A stretch of DNA of 64,000 nt from an uncultured delta proteobacterium (GCA_963775425.1 CAVZJB010000011.1:672001-736000), one strand, 5' to 3'. Counted from the stretch's first letter, positions 34,529 to 44,469 are shown. Notes: generated by a model from the sequence alone, not told the origin. A program made the numbers and translations.

Positions 34529-35316
34529 GCGCGCACGAGCTCGTGCGTGAAGCTCTGCGCGAGGGCGCAGACCTGATCGCGATCGATGTCGATGCCGAGC
34601 ACGTGGAAGCTGTCGCGCAGGATGTGCCGCTCCACGCGCGCCGAGCTCACGCGTTGCGCCACCACCTCCGACGCCTCCGGCGGGATGGTGTGGTCCTGCG
34701 CCCCGTGAAAGAGGCACGCCGGCGCCCGCACCGACGACAGCTCGCCCTCCACCACGCGCTGCAGCTCCGCCATCTCCGCGATGCCCTTCAGCGGCAGAAA
34801 CGGCAGGCAGGGGTTCACCTTGCGGCTCTCGTCGTCGGCGACGTCGCTGCCGCTCTTCTTCTCCACGTACGGCACCGCGCGCCACAGCCCGCGCGAGGCC
34901 GCCGCCGCGGCCAGCCGCCCCTCGCGGAAGAAGCGCAGCGCCGGCGCGAGCAGGACGAGGCCGGCGACGTCGTCGCGCCGCGCGGCGAGGTGCAGCGCCA
35001 CCAGCGCGCCCATGGACGAGGCGACCAGCAGCCGCGGGCGGTCCGTGGGCAGGGCCTCGAAGGCATCCGCGGCCGCGCGCGTCCAGTCCTGCCACGACGT
35101 GCGGTTGAGCGCGTGTGGATCGCCGGCGCGCCCGCCCTCGTGCCCGGGCAGCACGATGGCCCTCGACGACACGCCGGCCTCGCGCAGCGCCAGCGCCACC
35201 GGCAGCACCTCGAAGGTGGAGCCCGTGTAGCCGTGCAGGCACAGCGCCGCCGCCCGTGGCGCGTCGGCGTCGACGGTAAAGGGCTCGGCGGTCGCGGGCG
35301 GCAGCGGGCGGGCCAT
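34525..35316 (-). CDS. Alpha/beta hydrolase (carboxylesterase)
   Basis: LHGYTGS, LPGH, ASSMGA nucleophile elbow, HGAQDHTI, SFHVL. Confidence 0.88.
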   Translation of the reverse strand: MARPLPPATAEPFTVDADAPRAAALCLHGYTGSTFEVLPVALALREAGVSSRAIVLPGHEGGRAGDPHALNRTSWQDWTRAAADAFEALPTDRPRLLVASSMGALVALHLAARRDDVAGLVLLAPALRFFREGRLAAAAASRGLWRAVPYVEKKSGSDVADDESRKVNPCLPFLPLKGIAEMAELQRVVEGELSSVRAPACLFHGAQDHTIPPEASEVVAQRVSSARVERHILRDSFHVLGIDIDRDQVCALAQSFTHELVRA

Positions 35317-35381
35317 CAAGGGCACTCCTCCAAGCCGCGCATCCTGTCACGGCGCAGCGACGCTGGGATAGCCTCGGCGCC

Positions 35382-36974
35382 ATGCTCAAGAAGGCCCTGA
35401 TCGTGGGCGTCGGCGGCGCCGTGGTGGTCGTCGGGCTCGTCCTCGCGTTTCGCGAAAAGCCGGTCACCGTGATCGAGGACGGCCGGAGGGTGCACTTCGC
35501 CGAGATGGCCCCCGAGGAGCTCGACCTGCGGGCCGTCCATGACGCCGAGCGCTTCAAGCACCTCGTGGCGCAGACCACACGGCTCGAGGAGCGCATCGCA
35601 CAGGACAAGGCGCTCTTCGACCGACCCGCGGACGAGGGGCTCACCGCCGACGAGCGCACCGAGGCGCTCTCGCTCTTCGAGCAGACGCTCGACGACACGG
35701 TGATGCTCGACAAGATGGCCCGGTTCCACCTCGACTTCATCCAGATCAGCGTCGTGCACGATCCGCTGCGGCACGCGCGCCACTTCGCGCTCTTCTTCGG
35801 CGCCTACCTCGAGAAGCTCGCGCTCGGCCTCGCCCTCATCGACCGCACCATCAACAAGCCGCAGTTCGAGGAGCTCTTCGACGAGGGCAGCCAGGGCTTC
35901 GGCATCCAACCCGGCGCCTACGCCAAGCTCAAATGGAACGTCGTTCACGTCGAGGACGCGGCCACGGCGCTGGCGATGCACCAGTGGATGAAGCTCCTGT
36001 CGGGGCAGCTCAAGAAGCTCGCGCAGAAGAACGAAAAGCTGTGGGGCTTCCTCGAGAGCCGCATCGAGGACCGCTACGACAACGTCAAGGAGAACCTGAC
36101 CCGAAAGAGCGTGAAGCTGTTCGGCGGCAACTCGGTCGACATCGCGGAGGACACCGCGCACTCCGTGTGGTTCCCCGCGCAGACGGTGGTGGCCACGGAG
36201 ATGGGCGACGCACGCGTGCGCCGCCTCGACGACCCGTTGATCTCCGCGGCGCAGGCCTTGGAGGCCGTGAACAAGAGCGAGCCCGGCGACATCCTCGTCG
36301 AGCGCCGCAATTGGTTCCTCTCCAACATCGCGCTGCCCGGGTTCTGGCCGCACGCGGTGCTCTACCTCGGCAGCGAGGACGAGCTCGCCGCGTACTTCGA
36401 CGACCCCGAGGTGAAGAACGCCTACGGCAAGCCCTTCCCCGAGGCGCTCGCCGCGGAGTTCCCGCAGGCGTGGGACGATTACACCAAGCCCGATCACGAG
36501 GGGCACACGGTGCGCTCGCTGGAGGCGATGAGCGAGGGCGTGGTGTTCACCAGCGCCGAGCACTCCATCGGGACCTCCGACTACGTCGGCGATATGCGGC
36601 CCATGCTCGGAAAGCTCGACAAGGCCCGCGCCATCGAGCGCGCCTTCGGATACGCCGGCAGGCCCTACGACTTCGACTTCGACTTCTACACGGACGAGAG
36701 CATCGTCTGCTCCGAGCTCGTCTACAAAGCGTACGAGCCGCGCAAGGATTGCTCCGGCGTGCCCATGCCGCTCGAGAAGGTGGTGGGACGCATGACGCTC
36801 GGCCCCAACAGCATCGTGCGCCTCTTCGACGAGCAGCTTGGCACGCCCAATCAGAAGCTCGCCTTCGCCTGGTTCCTGGACGGCCACGAGCACGAGGGCG
36901 ACGCCACCTGGGGCGACCTCGCCACGTTCCGGAAGTCGCACCTGCGGCCGAAGTGGGACGTCGTCCAGCGCTGA
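35382..36974 (+). CDS. Permuted papain-like NlpC/P60 (YiiX/YebB-like) protein with helical N-terminal domain
   Basis: PGDILVERRNWFLSNIALPGFWPHAVLYLG ... GRPYDFDFD ... IVCSELVY (His before Cys). Confidence 0.8.
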   Translation: MLKKALIVGVGGAVVVVGLVLAFREKPVTVIEDGRRVHFAEMAPEELDLRAVHDAERFKHLVAQTTRLEERIAQDKALFDRPADEGLTADERTEALSLFEQTLDDTVMLDKMARFHLDFIQISVVHDPLRHARHFALFFGAYLEKLALGLALIDRTINKPQFEELFDEGSQGFGIQPGAYAKLKWNVVHVEDAATALAMHQWMKLLSGQLKKLAQKNEKLWGFLESRIEDRYDNVKENLTRKSVKLFGGNSVDIAEDTAHSVWFPAQTVVATEMGDARVRRLDDPLISAAQALEAVNKSEPGDILVERRNWFLSNIALPGFWPHAVLYLGSEDELAAYFDDPEVKNAYGKPFPEALAAEFPQAWDDYTKPDHEGHTVRSLEAMSEGVVFTSAEHSIGTSDYVGDMRPMLGKLDKARAIERAFGYAGRPYDFDFDFYTDESIVCSELVYKAYEPRKDCSGVPMPLEKVVGRMTLGPNSIVRLFDEQLGTPNQKLAFAWFLDGHEHEGDATWGDLATFRKSHLRPKWDVVQR

Positions 36975-37075
36975 CACAGGCGGCATGACGGCCCCTCCGT
37001 CAGACGACCGACGGCGCGCAACTGCGCCTCGCAGACCTCCGACAACCTCCTACATCAGCGCACAGGGAGGATCGG

Positions 37076-37825
37076 ATGCCGTCCATCAGCACGCCCAGGC
37101 AACTGGCCACCGCGTACACCCGCCACTTCGCGGCCGCCGTGCGCGACGCCGCCGGGCGCGACGGCCGGCTCTCGCTCAAGGAGGCCCACAAGGTCGCCGC
37201 ACCCTTCCGCGACAATGCCGTGAATTACCTGGAGAAAACCGGCCAGAAGTCGGTGGGCGTCGATAAGCTCATCGGCCGGGCCCACGACTACGTGCTGGCC
37301 AACGCCCTCAAGGCGGCGGGCAAGGACGGGCGGCTCAGCGCGCTAGACGTGCGCTCCCTCCCCCGCGATCTGCGCGCTGACGTCGACCTGTTGAAGCCGC
37401 CGTCGGCCGGCGCGCGCGCCGACGAGATGCGCGGCCTCGCCGACAAGCTCTCGTTGTCGAGCTTCGGCGAGGACGACAGCGGCGCCGTCGTCACGTTCGT
37501 CCGCAGGAAGGCCAGGGTCGACACCCTCGACTCGGACACCTTCCTGAGCGCCTTCGGCTTTTCGAAGGACAAGCAGGAGGCGTCGGACCAGTACTCGCTT
37601 ACGCCCATGGGCAAGGGCGACTGGGACAACCTGATCGACGCCCAGTACGACGACCCCGGCCGCGCCGCCATGGAGCGGGTGCGCGAGGTGATGGAGCCGC
37701 TCGGCGCCAAGGTCGCCTACCTCGAGGACGACCGCCCCTTCGGCGCGCCCGTCTTCCTCGTGGCGCGCGGCCCGGAGGGCGAGCTGTTCGGCTTCCGCGC
37801 CGAGGTCGGTGGCATGGGCTTTTAG
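37076..37825 (+). CDS. Hypothetical protein with two AAG(R/K)DGRLS EF-hand-like repeats and a possible NuiA-like C-terminus
   Basis: GGAGG SD; duplicated AAGxDGRLS; C-terminal VFLVARGPEGELFGFRAE. Confidence 0.55.
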   Translation: MPSISTPRQLATAYTRHFAAAVRDAAGRDGRLSLKEAHKVAAPFRDNAVNYLEKTGQKSVGVDKLIGRAHDYVLANALKAAGKDGRLSALDVRSLPRDLRADVDLLKPPSAGARADEMRGLADKLSLSSFGEDDSGAVVTFVRRKARVDTLDSDTFLSAFGFSKDKQEASDQYSLTPMGKGDWDNLIDAQYDDPGRAAMERVREVMEPLGAKVAYLEDDRPFGAPVFLVARGPEGELFGFRAEVGGMGF

Positions 37826-37909
37826 CCGGTCGGATCAATCCGAGGCGCGTCGGTGCACCCGCGACCGGCGCCCTCCGCCGCCCGATAACATGGGAACAAA
37901 GGACATCGC

Positions 37910-38209
37910 ATGAACCGCACCCTTCTTCGCACCGCTCTCGTCGCCTTCGTCGTCACCCTCTTCGCGCTGCCGGCGCTCGCCGGCGGCCGCGACGATCGCG
38001 ACGGCCGCGGCGATCGACACGGGCAGCATCACGACCGCGACCGCGACGACCGCCGCCGCGGAGACGGCGAGTACGGCGGCAGCGGCGGCGGCGGAGACAA
38101 CGGCTACGGCGTGCCCGAGCTCGACCGCACCGTCGGCGGCAGCGCCGCCGTCCTCGTCGGCGCCGGCGCCTTGATCATCCTCGGCCGGCGCCGCAAGAAG
38201 AAGGCTTGA
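37910..38209 (+). CDS. VPEID-CTERM-type sorting-signal protein
   Basis: Signal peptide, charged/Gly linker, VPELD + TM helix + RRRKKK; overlaps exosortase start. Confidence 0.85.
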   Translation: MNRTLLRTALVAFVVTLFALPALAGGRDDRDGRGDRHGQHHDRDRDDRRRGDGEYGGSGGGGDNGYGVPELDRTVGGSAAVLVGAGALIILGRRRKKKA

Positions 38210-39801
38210 GCCGGCCCGCGCTCGCCGCGGCCCTGCTCGTCGTCGAGTACCTCACGGTCTCGTTCCTGTTCGACGCCAAGGAGCTCGTGCCGGCGTCGTT
38301 CACGTCGCTCGGCGACGTCGCGCCGCTGCCGGTCATCGCCGTCGTGGCGTTCCTGATCCTCCGCTCCGCGGGGCCGACGAGCGCCCCGCAGGGATGGCAG
38401 CGCGCGGCGGCGCAAGCGGGCTTGTCCAGGGCCGCGGGCGCCGCGTTGCTCGCCGCCCACGGCGTCGCCTACGCGGCGTTCCTCGCGGCGTGCTTCTTCC
38501 TCCGCGGGCGCGCCGGCGCCGCCCCGGTGGCGGCGTCCGTCGGGTGGGCGGCCCTCGGCGGGATCTCGGTCGCGCTCCTCGCCGCCTTCGCCTTCGCCCG
38601 CCGCGGCTTCGCGCAACTCGCGCGGCGCGCCGCCGCCCCCCTCGCGCTCGGCGCGGTCGTCGGCGTCGCCGCCTGGGCCGCGGGCCGCGGCACGGGCGCC
38701 CTGTGGTTTCCCCTCGCGCGCGTGACCCTCGAGCCCGTGCGCTCACTCGTCGCGCTCGTCGCCGGCGACGTCGTCGCCGATCCGGCGCGCTTCCTCGTCG
38801 GCACCCAGCGCTTCTACGTGCGCGTCGATCCGATCTGCTCCGGGTACGAGGGCATGGGCCTCGTCGCCGTGCTCGTGGGCGCGGCGCTGTGGACGTTCCG
38901 GCGCACGCTCCGCTTCCCGCGCGCCTTCGGCGTGCTCGCCGCCGCCGTCTTCCTCGCGTTCGCCGCCAACGTCGCGCGCATCGCGGCGCTCATCGTCGTG
39001 GGCACGTACCTGTCGCCCGCGGTGGCCGTCGGTGGTTTTCACTCGAAGGCGGGCTGGCTGTTCTTCTCCGCCATCGCGCTCGGCGCCACGTTGGTCTTGC
39101 GCAGGGCCCGCGTGCTCCAGCGCGCGCCCGGCGCCGTCGACGACGACGGCTGGGAGAACCCGACGGCGGGCTACCTCGCTCCGCTGTTCGCGCTCGTCGG
39201 CGGCTTCCTCGTCGGTGGGCTCTTCTCGCGCGGTGGCCTCGACCACCTCGAGCTCGTCGCCCTCGGCGCCGCCGCCGTCTGTCTGTGGTTCGTGCGCGGC
39301 ACGGTCCGCGCGGCGCTCCCGGGCCCGTGGTCCCCCGCAGGGTTCGTCGCCGGCGCCGTCGCGTTCGCGCTGTGGTGGGGCATCGACGCCGTCACGAGCG
39401 CGGACGCCGTCGCGCAGGCGGCGGCGCTCAAGGCGCAGCTCGACGCGTGGTCCCCGGCGCACGCCGGCGTGTGGATCGCCACCCGCGTCGCTGCGTCTGT
39501 GATCGTCGCCCCGCTCGTCGAGGAGCTCGCGTTTCGCGGCTTCCTCCTGCGGCGCATCGTCGCGGCGGACTTCACCGCCGTGCCGTTCGAGGCCGTCGGC
39601 GCCGTCGCCGTCGTCGTGTCGTCGGCGGCCTTCGGCGCGCTCCAGCACCGCGCCCTCGCCGGCGGCGCTGCCGGGCTCGTCTACGCGCTCGTGGCCAAGC
39701 GCACCGGCCGGCTCCGCGACGCGGTGGTCGCCCACGCCGTGACCGGGGCGCTCGTGGCGGCCCTGGTGCTCGGGCAGGGGCGCTTCGATCTCTGGGCGTG
39801 A
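38206..39801 (+). CDS. xrtE: Exosortase E / CAAX-protease fusion, VPEID-CTERM system
   Basis: Exosortase triad CSGYEG, NVARI, FHSKAGW; CAAX motifs PLVEELAFRG, FGALQH, AHAVT. Confidence 0.88.
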   Translation: MSRPALAAALLVVEYLTVSFLFDAKELVPASFTSLGDVAPLPVIAVVAFLILRSAGPTSAPQGWQRAAAQAGLSRAAGAALLAAHGVAYAAFLAACFFLRGRAGAAPVAASVGWAALGGISVALLAAFAFARRGFAQLARRAAAPLALGAVVGVAAWAAGRGTGALWFPLARVTLEPVRSLVALVAGDVVADPARFLVGTQRFYVRVDPICSGYEGMGLVAVLVGAALWTFRRTLRFPRAFGVLAAAVFLAFAANVARIAALIVVGTYLSPAVAVGGFHSKAGWLFFSAIALGATLVLRRARVLQRAPGAVDDDGWENPTAGYLAPLFALVGGFLVGGLFSRGGLDHLELVALGAAAVCLWFVRGTVRAALPGPWSPAGFVAGAVAFALWWGIDAVTSADAVAQAAALKAQLDAWSPAHAGVWIATRVAASVIVAPLVEELAFRGFLLRRIVAADFTAVPFEAVGAVAVVVSSAAFGALQHRALAGGAAGLVYALVAKRTGRLRDAVVAHAVTGALVAALVLGQGRFDLWA

Positions 39802-39893
39802 CTGACCCCCCGCGATCCGGCCGGCAGGGCGATCGCGGCCCGGCGGCCGGGCCGTAGAAGGGGGCGCACCGACCCTTCGTGGAGAATCGTTGA

Positions 39894-40901
39894 ATGCTGC
39901 GCCCGCTCGTCTTCGCCGTCCTGTCGCTTCCCCTCGTCTCCTGCACCACGCAGCTCGCATCCGGGCAGGTGGGGGAAGGTGAGGGCGAAGGCGAGGGCGA
40001 CGTCGGCGAGGGCGAGGGCGAAGGGGAGGGCGAAGGCGAGGTCAACGGCACCACGGCCTTCTGCGACGTCCGCGACCTCTTCGGCTCCAAGTGCACCGTC
40101 TGCCACCAGGGCACGGTCGCCTATCCGGACCTCCGCGCCGACGCGCTGCCGTCCGTGGTCGGGCTCGCGAGCCAGATCCACCCCGACCAGGTCGAGGTGG
40201 TCGCCGGCGATCCCGGCCAGAGCTTCCTGTTCACCAAGGTCACCAACCCCGCCGCCGCCGACGGCACCCTGATGCCGCAGGGCGGGCAGCTCACGTCGGG
40301 CGAGCGGGAGCTGGTGCGCGCGTGGATCGCCGCCGGCGCCGGCACCGACTGCGGCGCCAACCCGCCGCCGCAAAACGACCCCATCATCGAGGGCGCGCCG
40401 CCGAACCGCTTCGGGAGCACGCCGCCGGCCGGCGACTACAGCGGCGCGCCGTGCTCCACCGGCCAGTATTGGACGGGCGGGCAGCGTGAGAGCGCCAACA
40501 TGCGCCCGGGCGACGATTGCCGCAGTTGCCACATCCAGACCGGCGAGGGCCCCGTCGACGACGTCATGGGCACCGTGTTCGCCGCCATCGACGACGGCAC
40601 CAACTGCCGCGGGCTCGCGCCCACCAACTACCAGGTGCTCATCGACATCATGAACACCGACGGCGTCGTCGCGTTCACGCTCACCGCCAACAACGCCGGC
40701 AACTTCGACTCCGGCTTCAGGAACGCGCCGTCGCCCTTCACGGCGCAGGTGCGCCTCGTCGACGGCACCGGGGCCACCGTGGCGACGCAGGCGATGCTGA
40801 CGCCGCAGACCGTGGGGAGCTGCAACTCCTGCCACACCGAGGGCGCGCGCGGCCCCGTCGACCAGAACGTCCCGCTCGGGCGCATCACCATCGCCCCGTA
40901 G
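39894..40901 (+). CDS. Tri-heme c-type cytochrome lipoprotein with GEGEGE linker
   Basis: Lipobox LVS-C, (GE)n, CTVCH, CRSCH, CNSCH. Confidence 0.82.
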   Translation: MLRPLVFAVLSLPLVSCTTQLASGQVGEGEGEGEGDVGEGEGEGEGEGEVNGTTAFCDVRDLFGSKCTVCHQGTVAYPDLRADALPSVVGLASQIHPDQVEVVAGDPGQSFLFTKVTNPAAADGTLMPQGGQLTSGERELVRAWIAAGAGTDCGANPPPQNDPIIEGAPPNRFGSTPPAGDYSGAPCSTGQYWTGGQRESANMRPGDDCRSCHIQTGEGPVDDVMGTVFAAIDDGTNCRGLAPTNYQVLIDIMNTDGVVAFTLTANNAGNFDSGFRNAPSPFTAQVRLVDGTGATVATQAMLTPQTVGSCNSCHTEGARGPVDQNVPLGRITIAP

Positions 40902-40942
40902 CGGTGGCGGCCCGAGCCACCCGGAAGGGGACGGTCCGCACG

Positions 40943-41105
40943 TGCGCTGAGAGCGGGATCACAACACCGCTCGGACCCGCCGTTTCCTCACAACCTGCAG
41001 CGGTTCTTGCGCGCCGACGTGCCTCGCCACGTACTCCGCGGCGAGCCACCTTGTGGGCGGCTTCGCCGAGTGCTGCTACGAGCCTCGTTTTTCGTCAGCC
41101 TTTCA
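40943..41105 (-). mobile_element. ~165-bp dispersed repeat / MITE-like element, copy 2
   Basis: Reverse complement matches 19601-19765 with a few substitutions and a 2-bp indel; starts at the PilZ gene TGA. Confidence 0.85.
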
Positions 41106-41450
41106 GCCGGGGGGCTCTTTCTTCTTGCCGCGCCCGAACAGCTCCTTGAGCTGCTCCATGGCCTCGGCGCCGACATCCTTGAAGCGGATGCCCATGCCCG
41201 GCGTGCGGTCGAAGTGGTTGTCCAGGTCGTACTCGTTCTTGCGCACGACGACGCCCACGATCTCGAACAGCCCGGCCTCCTCCGGCAGGAGCGGCGTCAG
41301 CCGCACCTCGGTGCCGGGCTCGAGCGGCATGACGGTCTCGATGAACACGCCGGTCTCGCTGATGTCCACGACGGCGCCGGACATGAAGGCGTTTCCGTCG
41401 TCGTAGACGATCTGGAGCTTGAGCGCGTAGCGCGGGCTGCGTTCCTGCAA
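41103..41450 (-). CDS. Stand-alone PilZ-domain protein
   Basis: ERSPR, DISETGVFI, GMGIRF. Confidence 0.85.
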   Translation of the reverse strand: MQERSPRYALKLQIVYDDGNAFMSGAVVDISETGVFIETVMPLEPGTEVRLTPLLPEEAGLFEIVGVVVRKNEYDLDNHFDRTPGMGIRFKDVGAEAMEQLKELFGRGKKKEPPG

Positions 41451-41479
41451 GGGGTTTCCCCTCCGCGGCCGAGTCTACG

Positions 41480-42175
41480 TCAAATCGCGCGCGTCGCGAT
41501 CTGCGCGGCCGCTTTGCGTCCGGCGGCCGTCAGCTTGTAGCGCTTGCTGCGCCCGTCGGGCGCGCTCTCCTCGATGAGCGTGCCCTCGTCGCGACACGTG
41601 CGCGCGACGTTGGTGGCGTAGACCTCCATGCCGGCCGCGAGGTGCAGGAGCGCGCTCGCGTCCACCGCGGTGAGGCCGAGCTCGCTGCCGGCGCGGTCGG
41701 CGGCGTCGAGCGCCCAGAGCACGCGTGCGAGCACGCGCTTGCCGCCGACGTCGGCGTCGTCGGACACGACGCCGAGCCCCTGCTCCTTGAGCTTCTCGAG
41801 CGTCGCCTTGGCGCGCGCGGAGTCGATGTCGACGCCCTTGCGGTCGACGCTGCCCTTGCGCTTGCCGCCGCCTGGCTTGCGGCCCGGCTTGCCGGCCTTG
41901 GGCGCGGCCTTCTGCGCCTTCTGCGGCGCGCGCGACGCCTTGGCCGCCGGCTTGTGCGGAGCGGTGCGCTTCGCCGTGGCCGGCGCCTTGGGGCGCGGCG
42001 CCGGGGCGATCCTGGCGGGCGCGGCGGCCGGCGGCTCCGGCGTCGGCGACCAGTCCGTCGTCCAGGGCTCCGGGCGGGGCGCGCGGCCGAGCGCCCGATC
42101 GAGGCGCTCGCGGGCCATGTCGACGGCGTCGAGGGTCCGAAAGAAGGCGTCGAGGAGACGATTCACGATCGGCAT
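41480..42175 (-). CDS. Hypothetical protein with basic Pro/Lys linker and C-terminal winged-helix-like domain
   Basis: MPIVNRLLDAFF..., C-terminal ATNVARTC...RSKRYKLTAAGR. Confidence 0.6.
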   Translation of the reverse strand: MPIVNRLLDAFFRTLDAVDMARERLDRALGRAPRPEPWTTDWSPTPEPPAAAPARIAPAPRPKAPATAKRTAPHKPAAKASRAPQKAQKAAPKAGKPGRKPGGGKRKGSVDRKGVDIDSARAKATLEKLKEQGLGVVSDDADVGGKRVLARVLWALDAADRAGSELGLTAVDASALLHLAAGMEVYATNVARTCRDEGTLIEESAPDGRSKRYKLTAAGRKAAAQIATRAI

Positions 42176-42223
42176 GGCGCCCGATCTCACGACGCGCTGC
42201 GTCCATCAACGGGGATCCGGCGC

Positions 42224-42934
42224 TCAGACGCCGGTGCGCTCGCCCCAGAGCACCTTGTGCATCTGCACCTGAAAGCGCACCGGCAGCCGATCGCGGACGA
42301 TCCACTCCGCCAGCGCCGCCGGCGCCAACCCCGGCGTCACCGGTGAAAACAGCGCCGTCACCCCCGGGGGGACGCGCGGCAGGACCTCGCGGGCGAAGGC
42401 GTAGTCGGCGTCGCCGGCGATCACGAATTTCACCTCGTCGTGCCCGGGCGAAAGGAGCGGGAGGTTCTTCCACACGTTGCGCTCGTGCTCGCCCGACGAC
42501 GGTGTCTTCACGTCGACGATCAGCCGGGCGCGACGGTCCACGCCGTCGACGCTCACGCCTCCCGACGTCTCGACGAGCACCTCGTGTCCGGCGTCGAGCA
42601 GCCCCCCGATCACCGCGAGCGCGCCCGCCTGCAGGAGCGGCTCGCCCCCGGTGACCTCGACGAGCGGGATGCCGAGCGCGCGCACCTCGGCGACGACGTC
42701 GTCGACGGCGCGCTCCCGCCCCGCGTGGAAGGCGTGCTCGGTGTCGCACCAGGTGCAGCGCAGGTGGCAGCCCGTGGTGCGCACGAAGGCGCAGGGGCGC
42801 CCCGCGTGCGTGCTCTCGCCCTGGACGGACGCATAGATCTCGTGGAGGACGACGACGTCGTCGCGCGCGCGGGTCTTGCCGATCTCCACGAGGCGCTCGG
42901 CAGCCGATTCGCCGAGCGCCTTGTTGCTCAACAT
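42224..42934 (-). CDS. queE: 7-carboxy-7-deazaguanine synthase (radical SAM)
   Basis: EIYASVQGES, GCHLRCTWCDT, VTGGEPLLQ, QMHKVLWG. Confidence 0.92.
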   Translation of the reverse strand: MLSNKALGESAAERLVEIGKTRARDDVVVLHEIYASVQGESTHAGRPCAFVRTTGCHLRCTWCDTEHAFHAGRERAVDDVVAEVRALGIPLVEVTGGEPLLQAGALAVIGGLLDAGHEVLVETSGGVSVDGVDRRARLIVDVKTPSSGEHERNVWKNLPLLSPGHDEVKFVIAGDADYAFAREVLPRVPPGVTALFSPVTPGLAPAALAEWIVRDRLPVRFQVQMHKVLWGERTGV

Positions 42935-43023
42935 GCGCCCGTTGTATGCCGTCGCGTCGACGCGGTCGATCCCACAACACGCAGGTGGAGACGAGCCGAA
43001 ACGCGAATGCTAGAAGCACGGAC

Positions 43024-43362
43024 ATGAGCGACCGAATTCGAAGCTACGGCGAGTTCTGGCCCTTCTATCTCGGGGAGCACAGCAGCCCCGTCTGCCGCGT
43101 GCTGCACTTCATCGGCACCACCGGCCACTTCGCGATGGTCGGCGTCGCCGTCGCCACGATGAACCCGTGGTACGTCCTCGCGAGCGCCGTGTTCGCCTAC
43201 GGCTTCGCGTGGTTCGGCCACTTCTTCATCGAGAAGAACCGCCCGGCCACGTTCAAGTATCCGTTGTGGTCGCTCATTTCGGATTACCGCATGTGGGGCC
43301 ACATGGTGAGCGGCAAGCTGTGGAGCGGCACCAACCCCGCCGAGCAGGTCTCCGCCGGATGA
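43024..43362 (+). CDS. DUF962/Mpo1-like membrane protein
   Basis: FWPFYLGEHS..CRVLHFIGT, GFAWFGHFFIEKNRPATFKYP. Confidence 0.9.
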   Translation: MSDRIRSYGEFWPFYLGEHSSPVCRVLHFIGTTGHFAMVGVAVATMNPWYVLASAVFAYGFAWFGHFFIEKNRPATFKYPLWSLISDYRMWGHMVSGKLWSGTNPAEQVSAG

Positions 43363-43991
43363 GGCCGCGCTTCGTCCTGTACGGCCACTTCGAGTCGGGC
43401 AACGTCTACAAGGTCGCGCTGATGCTCTCGCTGTCGGGCGGGAGCTACGAGTACGTCCACGTGCCCATGTTCGACGGGGGCACGCGCACCCCCGAATTCC
43501 TCGCGAAGAACCGCTTCGGCGAGGTGCCCGTCCTCGTCGACACCGCCCGCGACGACCTGACCATCGCGCAGTCGGGCGCCATCCTGTGGCACCTCGCGCG
43601 CGAGCTGTCGCGCTTCGGTCCGCAGGGCGGTGACGACGAGCTGCGCATCCTCGAGTGGCTCCTCTGGGAAAACCACCGGCTCCTCCCCGGCGTCGCCCGC
43701 CTGCGCAGCCTCAAGCGCTTCTCGAGGACGCCACCGGCGCCGGCGCTGCTCACGGCGGTGGAGGGCTGGGCGGTCGCCGCGCTCGACGTGCTCGAGCGTG
43801 AGCTCAGCGCGCGTGACTTTCTCGTCGGCGCCGGCCCCACCATCGCGGACATCCAGATCTGCGGATACATGTTCTTCCTCGACGAGGCCGGCCTCGAGGA
43901 AGGGCGCTGGCCCCACGTGGTGGCCTGGCGCGATCGCATCGCCGCGCTGCCCGGCTTCGCGCCCCCGCGCGAGCTCCTCCCGCGCGAGTGA
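43359..43991 (+). CDS. Glutathione S-transferase family protein
   Basis: SGNVYKV, NRFGEVPVL, QSGAIL, FLVGAGPTIADI; ATGA overlap. Confidence 0.92.
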   Translation: MRPRFVLYGHFESGNVYKVALMLSLSGGSYEYVHVPMFDGGTRTPEFLAKNRFGEVPVLVDTARDDLTIAQSGAILWHLARELSRFGPQGGDDELRILEWLLWENHRLLPGVARLRSLKRFSRTPPAPALLTAVEGWAVAALDVLERELSARDFLVGAGPTIADIQICGYMFFLDEAGLEEGRWPHVVAWRDRIAALPGFAPPRELLPRE

Positions 43992-44061
43992 CGCGGGGGC
44001 GCAATGCCACGACGTGCCTTCCGGCATCGACGAACCGGCCTCCTTCGGGCATACGCACCTC

Positions 44062-44469
44062 GTGGCCAACCGAGAAATTCCTGTCGAGCTGAAGTTCGAA
44101 AACTACGGCACCTCGGAGGGGACCGTCGTCGTCCACGATCGCAACCCGGCGTCGCGCCTCAGCCGAGGCCTGATCGCGCTGGCGATCTGCTGGGGCATCG
44201 GCGCCATCTGCATCTTCATCCCGCTGTTTCACTTCGTGGCCGTGCCCACCATGGTGATCACCGGCATCGTGCTGTTCGCGCTGCGGCTGCGTGAGGGCGT
44301 CTCCATCGTCGAGGTGCGCGGCTATTGCCCCTCGTGCAAGGAGGAGAAGATCTTCCCAGCCGGCGGGCGCTTCCACGACCACCGCACCGTTCGCTGCAAC
44401 CAGTGCGCGGAGAAGATGGAGCTGATCGAGCATCAGCCCGAAGCCGTGCCGGAGAAGGTCGCGGCCTGA
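44062..44469 (+). CDS. Small two-TM protein with C-terminal zinc ribbon
   Basis: Two hydrophobic helices, then CPSC...CNQC. Confidence 0.7.
   Translation: MANREIPVELKFENYGTSEGTVVVHDRNPASRLSRGLIALAICWGIGAICIFIPLFHFVAVPTMVITGIVLFALRLREGVSIVEVRGYCPSCKEEKIFPAGGRFHDHRTVRCNQCAEKMELIEHQPEAVPEKVAA

Noticed and set aside
42224-42934. queE as part of a deazaguanine DNA-modification (dpd) island
   Set aside because: No dpdA/tgt, queC, queD or helicase genes nearby; ordinary housekeeping context.
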